From Octopus bimaculoides (Eukaryota), in NCBI RefSeq assembly GCF_001194135.2, contig NC_068981.1:65776941-65840940 (forward strand): DNA of 64,000 nt, given 5' to 3'. A program made the position numbers and the translations under genes. Of this stretch, positions 11,101-25,100 are shown one piece after another; positions within the stretch are counted from its first letter, which is position 1, and each line of letters starts with the position of its first letter. Under the pieces are notes generated by a model that worked only from the letters and a program-made list of their open reading frames with translations, was not told where the DNA came from and searched no databases.

Positions 11101-14100
11101 ATTTCTGTTAGTATCCTTTAACAAGGGTTCACTGATATATATTTAAGAAGTTAAACTTACATTTTACTGTTTTGGTACTAAGCTCTTTGGATGTAGTTTT
11201 AATTCCAGCATGAATTTCTTTGGAAATAGTAGCCAAGTCTTTGCATTCAGCATTGACACCAGTTGCTTTCAGAATCTCACACATCACAACAAAGAAGTGC
11301 TCAGTCTGAGGCTGAAATTTAAAAAAAAAAAAAAAAAAAGTCATTATTCCTAGCTGACTTTTTGCTAATAGGGAAAAAGGAATGAATACTGAATATAAAT
11401 GTCAGGAATAGAGTTGAACAGAAAACCTAACATAACTTACCTTAAGTGCAGGAGCAGAGCAAAAATTTAAAGATGCACACATTGATTTGGAAGACTGAAG
11501 AAAAGATTAAAATTAAAAATGATAGGATTACATCAGAAACAAATTTAAAGGACTATATACATTCAGTATAAATAACTATTTAACTAAAAAATATTTATGT
11601 GCACACACAAATCAATTTTTTTTTCAACACTATATGCCGTAAATTATTTCAATTTTACAGTTCATTTAGTGATATCAAATCAATGCTATTACTGCATTCA
11701 AATTTTCAGAAGGTATAAAACAAAGCTGAAGTAACATTTTGCTAATATATTGAAAGAATTGATACTGAAGTTATGTCTAGATTAGGTTTCTTTCTATATT
11801 AAACAAGAATGCAAGATGCAATAGACTCAAAATTTTTGCAGAGCTATATATTTTCAAAAAAATATTTTTGTTTTAATCATATTAGATTTTATTAGTTTAA
11901 GATTTCAAAATCAATTACACAAGACACCCTATAGCAGCAGAACAATTCATATATAAAATAGGGTTCTTGTGCACCAGCTGTGTTCACTTTATCTTTATGC
12001 ATGTACTTCTTTCACGGCTTTCTTTGCTTGATATATATATATATGTCTGCTCTCTATCCCCTCTTTTTCCATCAAGCTGTAGTGCACCTGAGCACTGTAT
12101 ACAATAAGCTCATTATCATCATCATCATTATCATTATTATTAAATTTCAGATTTATTGATGAAAGAAATATGTAAGTTATAAGAATTTTGAAGCTAAAAC
12201 TGCAAGTTGATGGAAATTTGCATGCAGTTGTATGACAATACTAATATATATTAAGTATTTGAACATGTATTGTCTCTTACATAAATCCAGTCAAATCATC
12301 ATTTAACATCTATTTTTCATGTTCACATGAGTTGGATGGTTTGACAGAAGCCAGCCAGCTGGAGAGCTACCTGGGTTCCATGTCTGTTTTGACATGGTTT
12401 CTACAGCTGGATGCTCTTCCTAATGTCAGCCACTTTACAGAGTGTACTGGGTACCTTTTACATGGCACCAGCAAAGGTGTTTTTTACATAGAACCAGCAC
12501 AGGTGTTGTTTACTCAGCACCAGCATGGGTGCTTTTTACATGTCACTAGCAATCACAAGCCTGCAAAATTAGAAATACTCAGCTATAAAATAATGGCTTA
12601 GATGTAAAACACAATTTGTTCTCTATTAATGTCAACTGTGCAGCCTCTGCTAAGACATGATGAAACATATGTTAACCCCCCCCCCTCCCTTAAACCTTTG
12701 AATCTGGGCAACCGATATACCACCTGCTATATCACTATATTAAATTGTATTTTAATTGGTATCCTATCTATACATATATCCATTAATAAAGCAAGACTGA
12801 TACCTTAAGTAGGCAATCATCCATTGTTTATTTCTGCTGTGTTGCTCAATGAAAATATATATTTATATATGATAGAAAATTTTACTTGGTTATTTCATGT
12901 TATGAATCGCACAAAAATTTTAATTTTCTGTTGAAAATATTTGGGTAGCAATGAGTTAAGATATGAAAGCTTCTGGCTGCCAAAATGGTGATCTTCAGCT
13001 AAAAAAACTGAAAAAGACCTCAGATAAAGCAAACATGCTATAACTTAGTGTCAGATATATCAGAGCTAAAAGTTAAAAATATGTCCTGAAAGTAAAACGA
13101 CCTAAGTTATTTTACTTACCTCTCCTTTCTTCAAAGCATTGTAGATACTTTGGCTGTATCTGTCCACAGCTGATTCACACTATAAGAAATAAAATAAATG
13201 ACAACTGAAAAAACTTCTTTCAAAAAACAGATAATTCATAATTTACTACAATACAAGTTCTACTAATGTAGTAGCTTAAAAGCTTATAGTTTTACATGTT
13301 GTAAACTTGCTGTTGTATATTGCTATGTGGTTCTAAATGCTGGCAAGATGTCAAATAATATATGGATATTTTTAAATCAATGCCTTTTGCAACTGTTACC
13401 TTAAAGTTCCTGCAAAGTAAGGATCTAACCTTGGTGATGGTATTTTAAGCTATTGCAAGCAATCAACATGTGGTCACCTCATTTCCTCAGAGTAGGTCTT
13501 AGTTGAGTATTCGAACATACTCAAAGTTCTGATCCTGAAGATGACTAAATATGATCTGAATGAGGTTAAGACTCTTCACCAAGCATACATTTCAAAGCAT
13601 GTACAAGATTATTTGAAGATAAAACTCCAAGGAAGTCTGGCCTTCTAGCTTACTAGATCCAAATCCATGTAACTTTTTGGACATTGAATGTAATTGAGAA
13701 CAAGCACAACGCAACATTTCACAGCCATATTACTATGTTGAACACTGCCATTAAGGAAGGCAAACAGGTCTATCAGTAAAACCGAGACAAGAGAATGCTC
13801 AGTCACATCGGTATTCAAATGATTATAACTTAATAATGTTGTAATGCAACTAAGCATTGTATACATTAAGATCATTATTAGTAAAACCATGCCAGCAAGT
13901 TGAAGGCCAACATTCAAACAAAAATAGCCCCTAAAGGAATTTTTACAAAGTCATTTGAACTTAGTTCAGCAGCAGCTTCTCTTTCAAGCAATTTTCCTTC
14001 AATGAAATGCTTATGCTGAAAGTCCTAAATCTTGGGACAATATGCCCAAATTAAAGATGAAAAGTTAAAACTAGAAATGTTTATTAAATGCTATGTGTTA

Positions 14101-17100
14101 TCAGCTGCTTACAAGTTAGTCAGAATATAAAAATAAAATGTTAATGCAAATGAATGTAAAATGAACTTACTATAACTGTAAACTGACCACCATTTTCACA
14201 TAACTTATACATGTATGCTTTTAAGTCATTTTCAGTCATGTCAGGGTGGATATGCATATATTCAGCAGCTTTATCAACAATTTTGGTGCAGTAAGAGCAT
14301 CCAGGATCATAGGATTTTGCACTGTTTACAGTTACTTGGAATTAGAAAAGGAAAACTAATTTTATAATAAATTCTTAAAAGTTTAAATGTTCAAGTTATA
14401 TCTGGATTTTACTTAACTGCAGAGTTTGAAATAGGCCAAGTCATACCCATGTCCTCTTCTCCCAATCTATGTTTAAAATCTCACAACATACATGCTATTT
14501 TCACTTCATGGTTGAAGTATTCTAAAGAACCACACACACACACACACACATGAGTGTCTCTATAGATGCAGCCGGCATAATCTTCACATTTGTTGCTCTC
14601 TAATGATTGAGCATATTTGACAATGTTCTGATCTTAGTTGAACTTCACAGCTTAGTTGATTATAAATTACCTGTACCCTTGTCAGTGTGTATTAATATTT
14701 TGCAATACATGACCACACTAATATGATTCAACCTCTTATATACAATGATTAACATCTAATACTTAGTCACTTTTTCCACTCGTCTTACTCTAGCTGTTTT
14801 GAGTCCTGTCACCAGTGGCTATTTATTCACTTATATCTAACAACAGCAGTAGAACTTCCTCAAATTCTTCCACTCATTACATTCCAAATATCATAGCATT
14901 ACTGTCTTCACTTTCAGTACTAAACAGGTGCTTCCATCTAGATAGACTGAGACAGCAAAGATTATTCACTTCCACAATCAGATTATGTAGAAAGCTGGTA
15001 TTTTTTATTTAATTATCTGCCTTACCAAAAACTAAGGATCCGATATTATCAGGTAGGTGATTGTATCTAGCAAAGATAGTGGAAGACAATTTTAAACTAA
15101 AATAATTCAGCCTAGAAATTTTATCACAACAATTAGGCTCTGTCTTCAAAATAGACACCCTGTTGCTATATATATAAGCAAAAAACTTTATTAGTGCAAT
15201 GGTACTGGAATGTAACTTTGAAACAAACATAAGCAGGCCAAAAAATAGAAAGAGGTAGTTTAACATGGTTAGGACGACAAGGCACATGGCTGAAATGCTG
15301 ACAAATGAAAGGAAACTGGTTTTGATACAGCCAACATAATAACATTGAGAATGTTAAAATTGTGCTGATGATAGAGGAATGTGTCCACCTCTATATGTTT
15401 ATAGATGGAGTCTGTTCCAATAAGCAGTTTTTGAAACTATTCAACAATTTTTTAATATCTAGATGCATTAAAATTACACCAAAACACTGCTGATAGATCA
15501 TCCTAAAATCATTAACTAGTTTCTGTTCCAATCAAATACAAAACATACATACCAACATAAATGACAACTTTGCAGAATATGCTTGAATCAAACCACATCT
15601 CATTAAACCAAAAGTTACCTAATGAAGTGTGCAGCGTGACTTCAAAGAAACTAAGAACATCTCAAAAACAGAGAGCATAATGATTAGAATACAGGTGCTA
15701 CCTGTAAACACAGACTCAGAAGGCCCTCACTACTAGCAACATGTGGAATGCACTAAAAATGTTATCAGATATATCAAATAAATTAGATAAATGAATGTTT
15801 TACCTGTGGTACAAGCATCAATTGATGTACACAAAATATCAGGATTTAGTTCTTTGACAAGAAGAAATATTATACCGTCAGTGTATTTGTCAATAAAATT
15901 CTTACAAGTTTTCTCGTATGAATCAGGGAATGCCCTACATAGTTCATCAAGCAAACTTGCAATTTTTTTCTGAAATAAGAGAAAATTAAAAAATAACATC
16001 AACAACAAAATACTTAAATTCCATTTTGGCAACTAATTACAAAAATATATCAATGTACTTTTCTTTTTAAAAAGGTTGCAACTGAGATGTATTTCACAAC
16101 ACTGTGCTAGGATTCTTTATCACCCATTTGCTTTGCAAGGTTCTTAATTTCAGGTGTGTGTGCCAATAACAATGTAGTTAAATGGTTGCTATCCTCTATT
16201 AAGCTTCACGTTTCCCTTTGTCAGACACATCACAACTGTCCAACAAACGAGAATGTGAAACTGAGTAACAGTTTTGTGATAATTTTGCAGCTTCAATAGC
16301 AGTATATATAAGGTGAATACTTGGAACCTGCAATTAGCGTGGATCTGGAGTCTTAAGTGCAGTGTGTGTTCCTAGGTACAGCCTTGTGGATCATTATATA
16401 TTCAGTCAGGTGCATGTGATCATATATGCAACTGGAATGTTAATCAGTTTGTACTTCAGAATGTACGTATATGTTCCTCAAATTTTGTTTTGTACAAAAT
16501 TGCTATTTCTTTGATAAAAACTTGGTGCTTTATTATTTAGGTACCCGATTCGCTTGAATCCCAAACTTTTTATATATATATATATATATAAGCATCTGTA
16601 CATAAGTCTGCCTGCATCATCAAATCAATTAACTGCTATCATTTGACTACCAGCTTGCAATTGGTGTCACCTGGTCAGAAAACTCAAGTGCAAATACATG
16701 TACTTCATTACAGAAAGGATTAAAGGTAATAAAACTAAAATGTCATACATACCTCTACATTTTCATTCATCAGGTAATCTTCTACACCTTTTACAAGCTC
16801 TTTGCATAACGCACATTTCTCACTGTCTTTAGCTTTAGGTTTCTCGGGAAGTACAAGACCAACACGTTGAAATGGTCCTAAAAGTGCAGGCAACAAAGTG
16901 GCCATTGGCATTGAAGATGGTTTAGCTACTACTGAATCCTCTTTTGTACACATACCAACAGCAGTACACCCAGCAACAGGGTCCTAATTAATAGAAAGTG
17001 CTTGTATTATTAAAAAAAAAGAATTTTAAATACAAAAACAAAAAACAAACACAGCATTCAAAGTAGAAAAACAAATATATAGGTGCCAGTGTGGCTGAGA

Positions 17101-18722
17101 AGTTTGATCCTCAGCCTTGGCTCACTGCAAAGCACCTTGGGCTAGTATTTACTTAAGCTCTGGGGTGACCAAAGCCTTGTGAGTAGATTTGGTAGATGGA
17201 AATTGAAAGAAGCCTGCCAAATGTGCATGTGTGTCCCCCACCACCACTGCCTGGCAGCCTGTGTTGTTTGTTAATGCCGTTGTAAGTTAGTGGTTCAGCA
17301 GAAAAGGGACCAATAGTATAAGTACCAGACTGAAAAGTAAGTACTAGGGTTGATCTGTTGAAACTAAACTCTTCAAAGGGGACATAGCCACAGTTCAATA
17401 GTTGAAACAAAAGATAAAAGATGAGTGTATTCTAGTTATTGAAATCTTAACATTTATCCCTTGGCTGTAATAGATCCTATTACTCTTCAGGATGATTATC
17501 ATCAGTTAACGTTTTTCCATGCTGATATGGGTTGGACAGTTTGACAGAAGCTGGAGAGCTGCTTGAGCTCCAATTGTCTCTTTTGGCATGGTTTCTACAG
17601 CTGGAGGCCTTTTCTAGTGCTACTGGCACGAGTGCTTTTATGTGATGCCAGCACGACTGCGCCTTATGTGGCACCAGCATGAGTGCAGCCAATGTGGCAC
17701 CAGCACAAGTACACCTGACATGGCACTGGCACATGTGCATCTTACATGCCACTGGCACAAGTGCATGTTGCAGGGCACCAACACGAGTGCATTTTACATG
17801 GCACCAGTAGAAGCACATTTCGTGTGACACTGGCAGAAGTGCATTGTTAAAATACTAAGGGCTGTTTTGACTAGCTTTATTCTACTTTGTTAGTTTCCAT
17901 ATTGACCTTTAAGTACTGCATACACAGTCATTTGATAGCATTTCAAATTATATGAAAGCACATACACTGATCAATATTTAACTGCTAGTGTAAATACAAT
18001 GAGCAAAAAAATTCTTAATATTTCTGTAAATTAATTGGGAATTTGTGGCAAGAACTATAACCCTGAAACTAAAGAAATTAACTTTGATCTTTTCTGTTTT
18101 CCATTAAAGGAAATGTGCTACGATATCTTTTATTTTACTTGTTTCATCCATTTGACTGTGGCCATGCTAGGGCAGTGCTTTACGGGGCTTAGCTGAACAA
18201 ATTGACCCTAGGACTTTTGTCAAGCAGAGGTGGAAGACAAATACACAGGCATCTCTCTCACTCATTTTCATATATATATATATATATATAATACACACAT
18301 ACATACACACACACAAGCTTATTATGCAGTCATGTCATGACTGCATCTATAGCGACAGGAATATAAGTAGTTCACTTTGCAACAAGATGATTGAGTTTAA
18401 CTACAGCCTTGATCATGGACCATTGGTCCATCTTGTTCCTTTCTTTAAAAATTTGTTCAAAGAATAAGAACAGTGCTATAGCCTTTGCAAGCCCACTTTC
18501 AGATGTGTGCATGTGTTGCTCGAAATGGTCATGACTTCTGGAACTTGACTGAGGAAAGAAAGCCACGAATGGCCCGTCTTTTTTTGCCTGTCCTTCTCAT
18601 TGTTGTTTCTCTTGTCTGCCTTTGTATCATCTATCTGTCCAAATGTCTTAATGTCCTCTATGGTGTTTTCGTTCCATTTTTATATTTATATATACAGTTA
18701 TATAAATATATATATATATATG

Positions 18723-18763
<41 letters not shown>

Positions 18764-21700
18764 GGGCTCATCAATAAGTATCTGGACTGTTGCCATAGTA
18801 ATGAAGCTAAAGCACACAGAGTAAAGCCGCTTTGCACAGACTGACCTTGAACTCTGCTGTGCATGCGCACTAAGTTTTAATGTTCTAGCTAACTTCCACT
18901 GATTATAGCATGGCTTCAAAGGAAGGTGTGTAGCGTGTGATTGTCACATTGATCATGACAGAAAAAGTTGAGCAGAGAATCTGCATGAAATTTTGCCAAA
19001 TGCTTAGCAATACCTGCTCAGAGGCCTACACAAAGTTTTCATCGTTCTCGACACAATCAAGGAGATCGAACCATAACTTATCTGCATATTTTCTGATAAT
19101 TCACTGATTTCCCCTCAGCTGCACACACATCTGCAATGTTTTTCTCAGTTCTGCTGGTAGCGGGTCTTCCAAAACATGCGCCAATAGACATTTTTTGGCT
19201 ATCTTGGAAACATCTGAGATATTCTTACACTGGTGAGTGGCAAACACTAGCCTGGACTTTTGATAGTAACTTCTGAGGGTAACTTTCTTTTATGACCACT
19301 GGCATGGAGAGGAGAGTGATGTGCATGGTCATTCATGATTGAAGAGGGTCCTTTACCCTTTTACATTGCATGCTTAGATTAGATGTACTTTGATATTCTG
19401 CCGTATCAAAATCAATGAATCATGTTTAAAAATTTATCTCAACCAGTTTAGCAATAAACACCACATCAAAATTTGAAGAAAATTTTAAAAGAGGAGATAC
19501 TCAAATTTCACACACATAATAAAATTAATATGCTTCTATTGTATTTAAATGTCATAAATTGTTATCAGAAAACATTTGTCTTTCTGTAGACTTACCAAAA
19601 GACTTTCAATTGATTTTATAATCAAGGGTTTGTATTCCATAACAAGCTGCAAGCACTAGAGAAAGTGAAAAGAACATACAAAATATTGAAAAAGCTTATC
19701 CAAAAATATACCATTACAAACAGTAAAACTTAATCAAAAGAACATTGAAAACTAAAAATTAGATTTACAAGTTCAAAATTCCTATAGATGCAAATTTCAG
19801 AGTAATTGAAACATTATAGTGTAATTCATATTGTAACATTTTTTAGGGCTGTTTTCATAACACAGTACGATTTTTAAAAAAATAAAAAGATTTTCATCCT
19901 GTTAATTCAAAGTCAACTTTTTTTACAGTAAAGTAACAAAACACATGGAGACAACAAATGCTACAGCAGAAACAAGACAAGCTAATTCAAGGAATTAATC
20001 ATTCACAAAACTGTGATAGTGCTGATGATAAGTTTCCTTCAAGATATTTTGGCTAGGTTTTATATATTTTGGTCAGTTATTGAACTTCTCATTACTATAA
20101 TTTTACTTTTGATTCTACTAACCAGATCATACACCTTCTCAATTTTATCTTTCTCGTGTAATATGTGACCATGCCAAATGATTTTTTTAATGCAGTGTTA
20201 CAGATATTGAGGGATTTTCTTAGTTCACTTAATCTCCTTTAAATTGATATTGTATTTTAAAATATTAGCAATTACAATGCTGTAGTTATGCATGTATATA
20301 GGTTATGAAAGCAGCCAGTTTTAGTGTAATATTATTAATAAGTATCTTAAAGCATATCAAAATGTATGCAAGTGACAGTGAATGTGCTCGCAGGACAATA
20401 CAAGTTTTATTTATCTACAAAAGTGAATACAAAATGTGTGCTTTGCATAACTTGGTAGTCTTTGAATATTTACATATTAATTATGAAGTAAACCTCATCA
20501 TATAGTTAAGCGGAAAAATTGTTTTATACAATTAATTTGCTTTTGCTAACAGGTCTCAAGTATTGCTGACAAAATCCACAATATATATGAAAGTGATATT
20601 TTTGAACACAGTATCATTAAAACATCAGAAAGATTAGGTATTAATACCATTACAAGGTGGAAAAAGTTGTCAACAGCCATGGGAGTTGAACCCACATCCC
20701 CTTAGACAGTGGCTGAGCGCTTTACCATTAAGCCTATTGTCCACTGACAACATTTCTGCCAATTTTAAATGCTAAATAGCTTATTGAACTGCAACAACCA
20801 CGTGTGCATACAAACAAACTTACATTTGTTTTCTTTTTTAGAAGTGTTGAATGTATATTGCATGATACAGAGAAGAAAGTGATATTTCTGAACACAGTAT
20901 TGCTGTTAAAACAGCAATAAACCCAATTTTTTCACTGTTTTAATGGTGGTACTGCATTCAAAAATCTTACTTTGTATTGTATGGTACACATTTGATGCTT
21001 CTAAAGAAAAAAGTTTGTTTATATGTACACATATGAGAGAGAGAGAGCAAATATATTGTAAATCATATTTACAAATGTTATCTTATTTCCAGATAATTTC
21101 ATATCAAAGTTTATTACAAATAAACTGCAGAACAAGTGGAATACACTTGAGCCAAACTCAAAATATAACCTTGTAATTAAACTGCTGAGAAAATTCACTG
21201 ATCCATACTAGTAAGTATTTAATAATAAATCATACACTACTTTCAAGCTATCAAATTAAAAGATATCTACTAGGTGAAGAGAAATATTACAAATATGAAA
21301 TGAATAAATTGACTTACAGAAGATTTCATATCTCCAAGTCTTGAACAAACTTCATTACTGATAAAATCTGTGATTTGTTCCTATAATAAAACAAAAACAA
21401 TAAAATTTTTTTGATAAATTGGGAAAATGAGCAACAATCAATGAAAAGGTCTCAAAAATAACCATTTTAATAAACATTTTATTGAATAATAGTCTATTTG
21501 GTGATTTTCTATTGAGTTCAAATACCTTTCACATCCTCAAATTAAAATTGGCACCACTGACAATGAGTTAAATCATTTGGCCATAAACAAAATGAATTTA
21601 GCAACAATAAATAACTGTTTAATTCTATTTTAAGAGATACTACTTTTAACTGAACTAACCTAAAATTAGTGGTATCTATTTACCAACCCAAAGGGATTAA

Positions 21701-22068
21701 AGGTAGATCAGAGACTGGTTAAATTTAAACTCAGATTGTAAAGAGCTGAAAAAAAATTCTGCCATTTAGTCAGGTCTTCTACAGTAAACTGAAAATTTCC
21801 ACTATGTCAAATGAAAAACTTATTTCAAAAAAGAATTATACAATACTTTTTGACTACTTTCATTACAATATTCATTCAAGTTCTGGAAATGATTGACAAT
21901 TAGTCACACTAAAATGAAGGATGAAATATAATACTCAAGTACACAATAAAGCATCCATTGGATATGAATTAGGAAAAATATTTTACAAGTAGACAAGATG
22001 TCCACTTGACCATTGTAGTTCTCAATCAAGACAGCCTAGAAACTTGAGTTATCTAGGATATACTATAA

Positions 22069-22132
<64 letters not shown>

Positions 22133-25100
22133 CAGCAGCAGCAGCAACATCTACATTTCTGACTTTGAACTTACTATCTCAGCAACTTATCACACCTACT
22201 TAAATATGGGCCACATGAAGGGATTTCTACATGGTTGCTTGACCTAGTAGAAATAATAGTCAATTCTCCCTTATAATCACACCCTATTGTCTTGATATGA
22301 TAATACATTGAGGAAGCATAGAGTCTTACACATGTAATATAGAGGAGAAACTTTTATCAACTAAGATTATCTATGCAATTAGTAGACAAAATATCCTCTA
22401 AGGGGTATTTTAGAAATCAAAATTCAAAAAGAATATTTCAATAAACTTCAACTGAGAAATTTTTGGCTAAGATAGACTCAGCTGTTGTAATTAAATGTGA
22501 GCAGAACTACATACTTTACACCAAATTTTCTCTGATGCCACTTATTCTTCTTACTACCTGGAACCATTCCACTTGGTATCCCTCCTTCATTCTTAATACT
22601 GTACTCTCCACCCATATTTTACATTGGACACCCTCCTAAGCCACCAAACTTTTTCCTTCACCACCATACATCTCTCTCACTATGCACAATGCCTGCTTCA
22701 TCCCCAACCACATGTCATCTCCCTCTCTCCTTAACTCATTTGTATCATTGGCCATCCCTATTCTTATCCATCATTCACTACTTCCATTCCTCAACCTTAT
22801 CCAATTTCTAAACTTGTCAATACTCTTTCCTACCATCCCTAATCATCATCCTTCAACACTTCTTCATTAATTCAATTCACCCCCTCACCCATTCCCCGTT
22901 TCTAATCATCCCTCACACTTCCATACAATTTTGCAACCTTTACTCCTACCCACTTCTTCAGTGAGAAACCTGTTCTGATCTGTTCTGGTTCCTCTAATAC
23001 TTTAACCCCTTATCTCCTACCATGAAGACACCATTTTGTTACTCTAGAACCAGTAAATGAATAGCAGTAATACACTAGTGTTGATTCAAGCAACTGCAAG
23101 CTCTTCCCTGGAACAAGTGCCTTGTTCCAACTTGAAAGAAAGTTGATATTACTTAGTGCTATCAGAGTGGAGAAATCAGCATAGTTAGATGCAGAATAGG
23201 CTATCTAGTAACTCTATTCTGAATTAAAATCTTGTTCAGGCCAAATATGCCTTTCACACCATCAGATTAACAAAATAAACATCAGTAACAATGAGTCAAG
23301 TCATCTGACTATTTCCCTGTTACAAAAGAATTGCTCTTTCTCCCAAACTAAAATGAAACAAACACCTACCTGAACATGCTTATCCTCAACTACATTATGC
23401 AGCTCTTTGAGCAAAACTTTGCACATTTCACATTCAGTAGCCTCACGGAATGGCTGAAATGGAAAATAAAAATATAGTAATGCTAGGTAAATTGTTAAGT
23501 CATTGAACATCACCTATCAATAGATTTTGATTGATTATCTATGATTTGGCCATAATCTTGTCAAACATTTGTTGTGCACACCTGGCATAGGAAAGTGTGT
23601 TTACATTTATGTTCTAATTGTTCAAAAAGGCAACAGAACTTATCCAATTTGTCTATTGACAATTAAATCTAAGGAATCAGTCTGATATCACTGTCCTTGA
23701 TCATCTCAAGCCAGTCAAGCCATTGATCAAGTTAGTTACATATGTAAAATAATCAGCTGATATGGAGAAAAAAATATAAGTATACATTATACAAATACAC
23801 AGGTACAATGCTCTTAAGAATCACAATATCTAGCTAGAGTTGCACAGGTGAATTAAGCCTGGAACTGCAGAAAGTTAAAATCATACTAGTCTACTTGGTT
23901 TGATCTAATCAAGTGGAAAATAGGTGTTACTTATTGTCGTTGAGTGGTGAGAAGTAGTAAGAGTATATAAGTATTTTATCTAACATTTTTTAGTGTGTAG
24001 ACTTGAAATTTGCATATAGCATCTTGATATTAAACAGTTGAAAAACAAAAGTATTAATAAAAGAAAAAAGGAATTGTAAAACTACCCAAATTTATTTGAC
24101 AAAAAGGAGAAACTGAATGTTTTTTTACTGTTTTACTACCATATTTTTGTTCTTCTCATAAGTTTTGTGCTTTTCCTAATACAAATTATAAAGCAAGAGT
24201 GGAAACAATTTCTCTCAGGTAAACTGGGTTTGCTCATATAATACATTTGCTGTGGTAAGATTGGAACCTATAACTAATTGACTTCAGTCTAGTACCTTAA
24301 TACTTTACCTCTTGTAATACAAGTAAAGAAAAACCAAAAATAAAACAAAGTTTTAAATTTTCAAAGTAAATTTTTTTGTTTATACTTACATTAACTTTTG
24401 AAAATTTAATTTTGCTGAAATGATCAGCAACAGCCTGAATAAGAATCTGGGTACTGCACACACCAATGTCATGACAAACAACACTGCTATTCTAAAATAG
24501 GAGAAAAAAAAACAAAGAAATAAAGCTGTGTTGTTAAAACTAGTAACCCATCTTTAAAACCATTTTGATTAAATGCAAGATACTGGTTATGGTTCCAGAG
24601 CATTGATAATTTCAAGCTAAAACCTGCCAATCATGTACAAACCTAAGCCAATTGTTCATGTTTAAAGTGGTGTTCTAACCATCCCTTTTTTGGTGGTGAG
24701 AGGTGAGGGCATAAGGTATCATTTGATAAAATCCAACTATGAAACATAATGCAAACAAAAATTCTAAAATTTTTCAGATGTGTACATCTTCAATGTTCAC
24801 ACTATAGACAGTAGTCCATAAAGGAAGCAACACAAACACTTACAGAATTCAGTCAACAGAAAGAAAAATATACTACCAGCCCACAAATACTATATTAGAC
24901 TCAATGTGGATTATACCAGCTCCTACTTGGCCCTAATTTTTTTGTTACAAAATACACATAACAGAATACTTTATGCCAACACAAATTGAACACGGACCAC
25001 TTTTGTAATGAAATAAAAATACTCAATATGAAAGACTATAAAGCATATAATGAAATATTTTTCTTAATGTTAAGCATGGCTATATGGTTAACAAGTTTAT

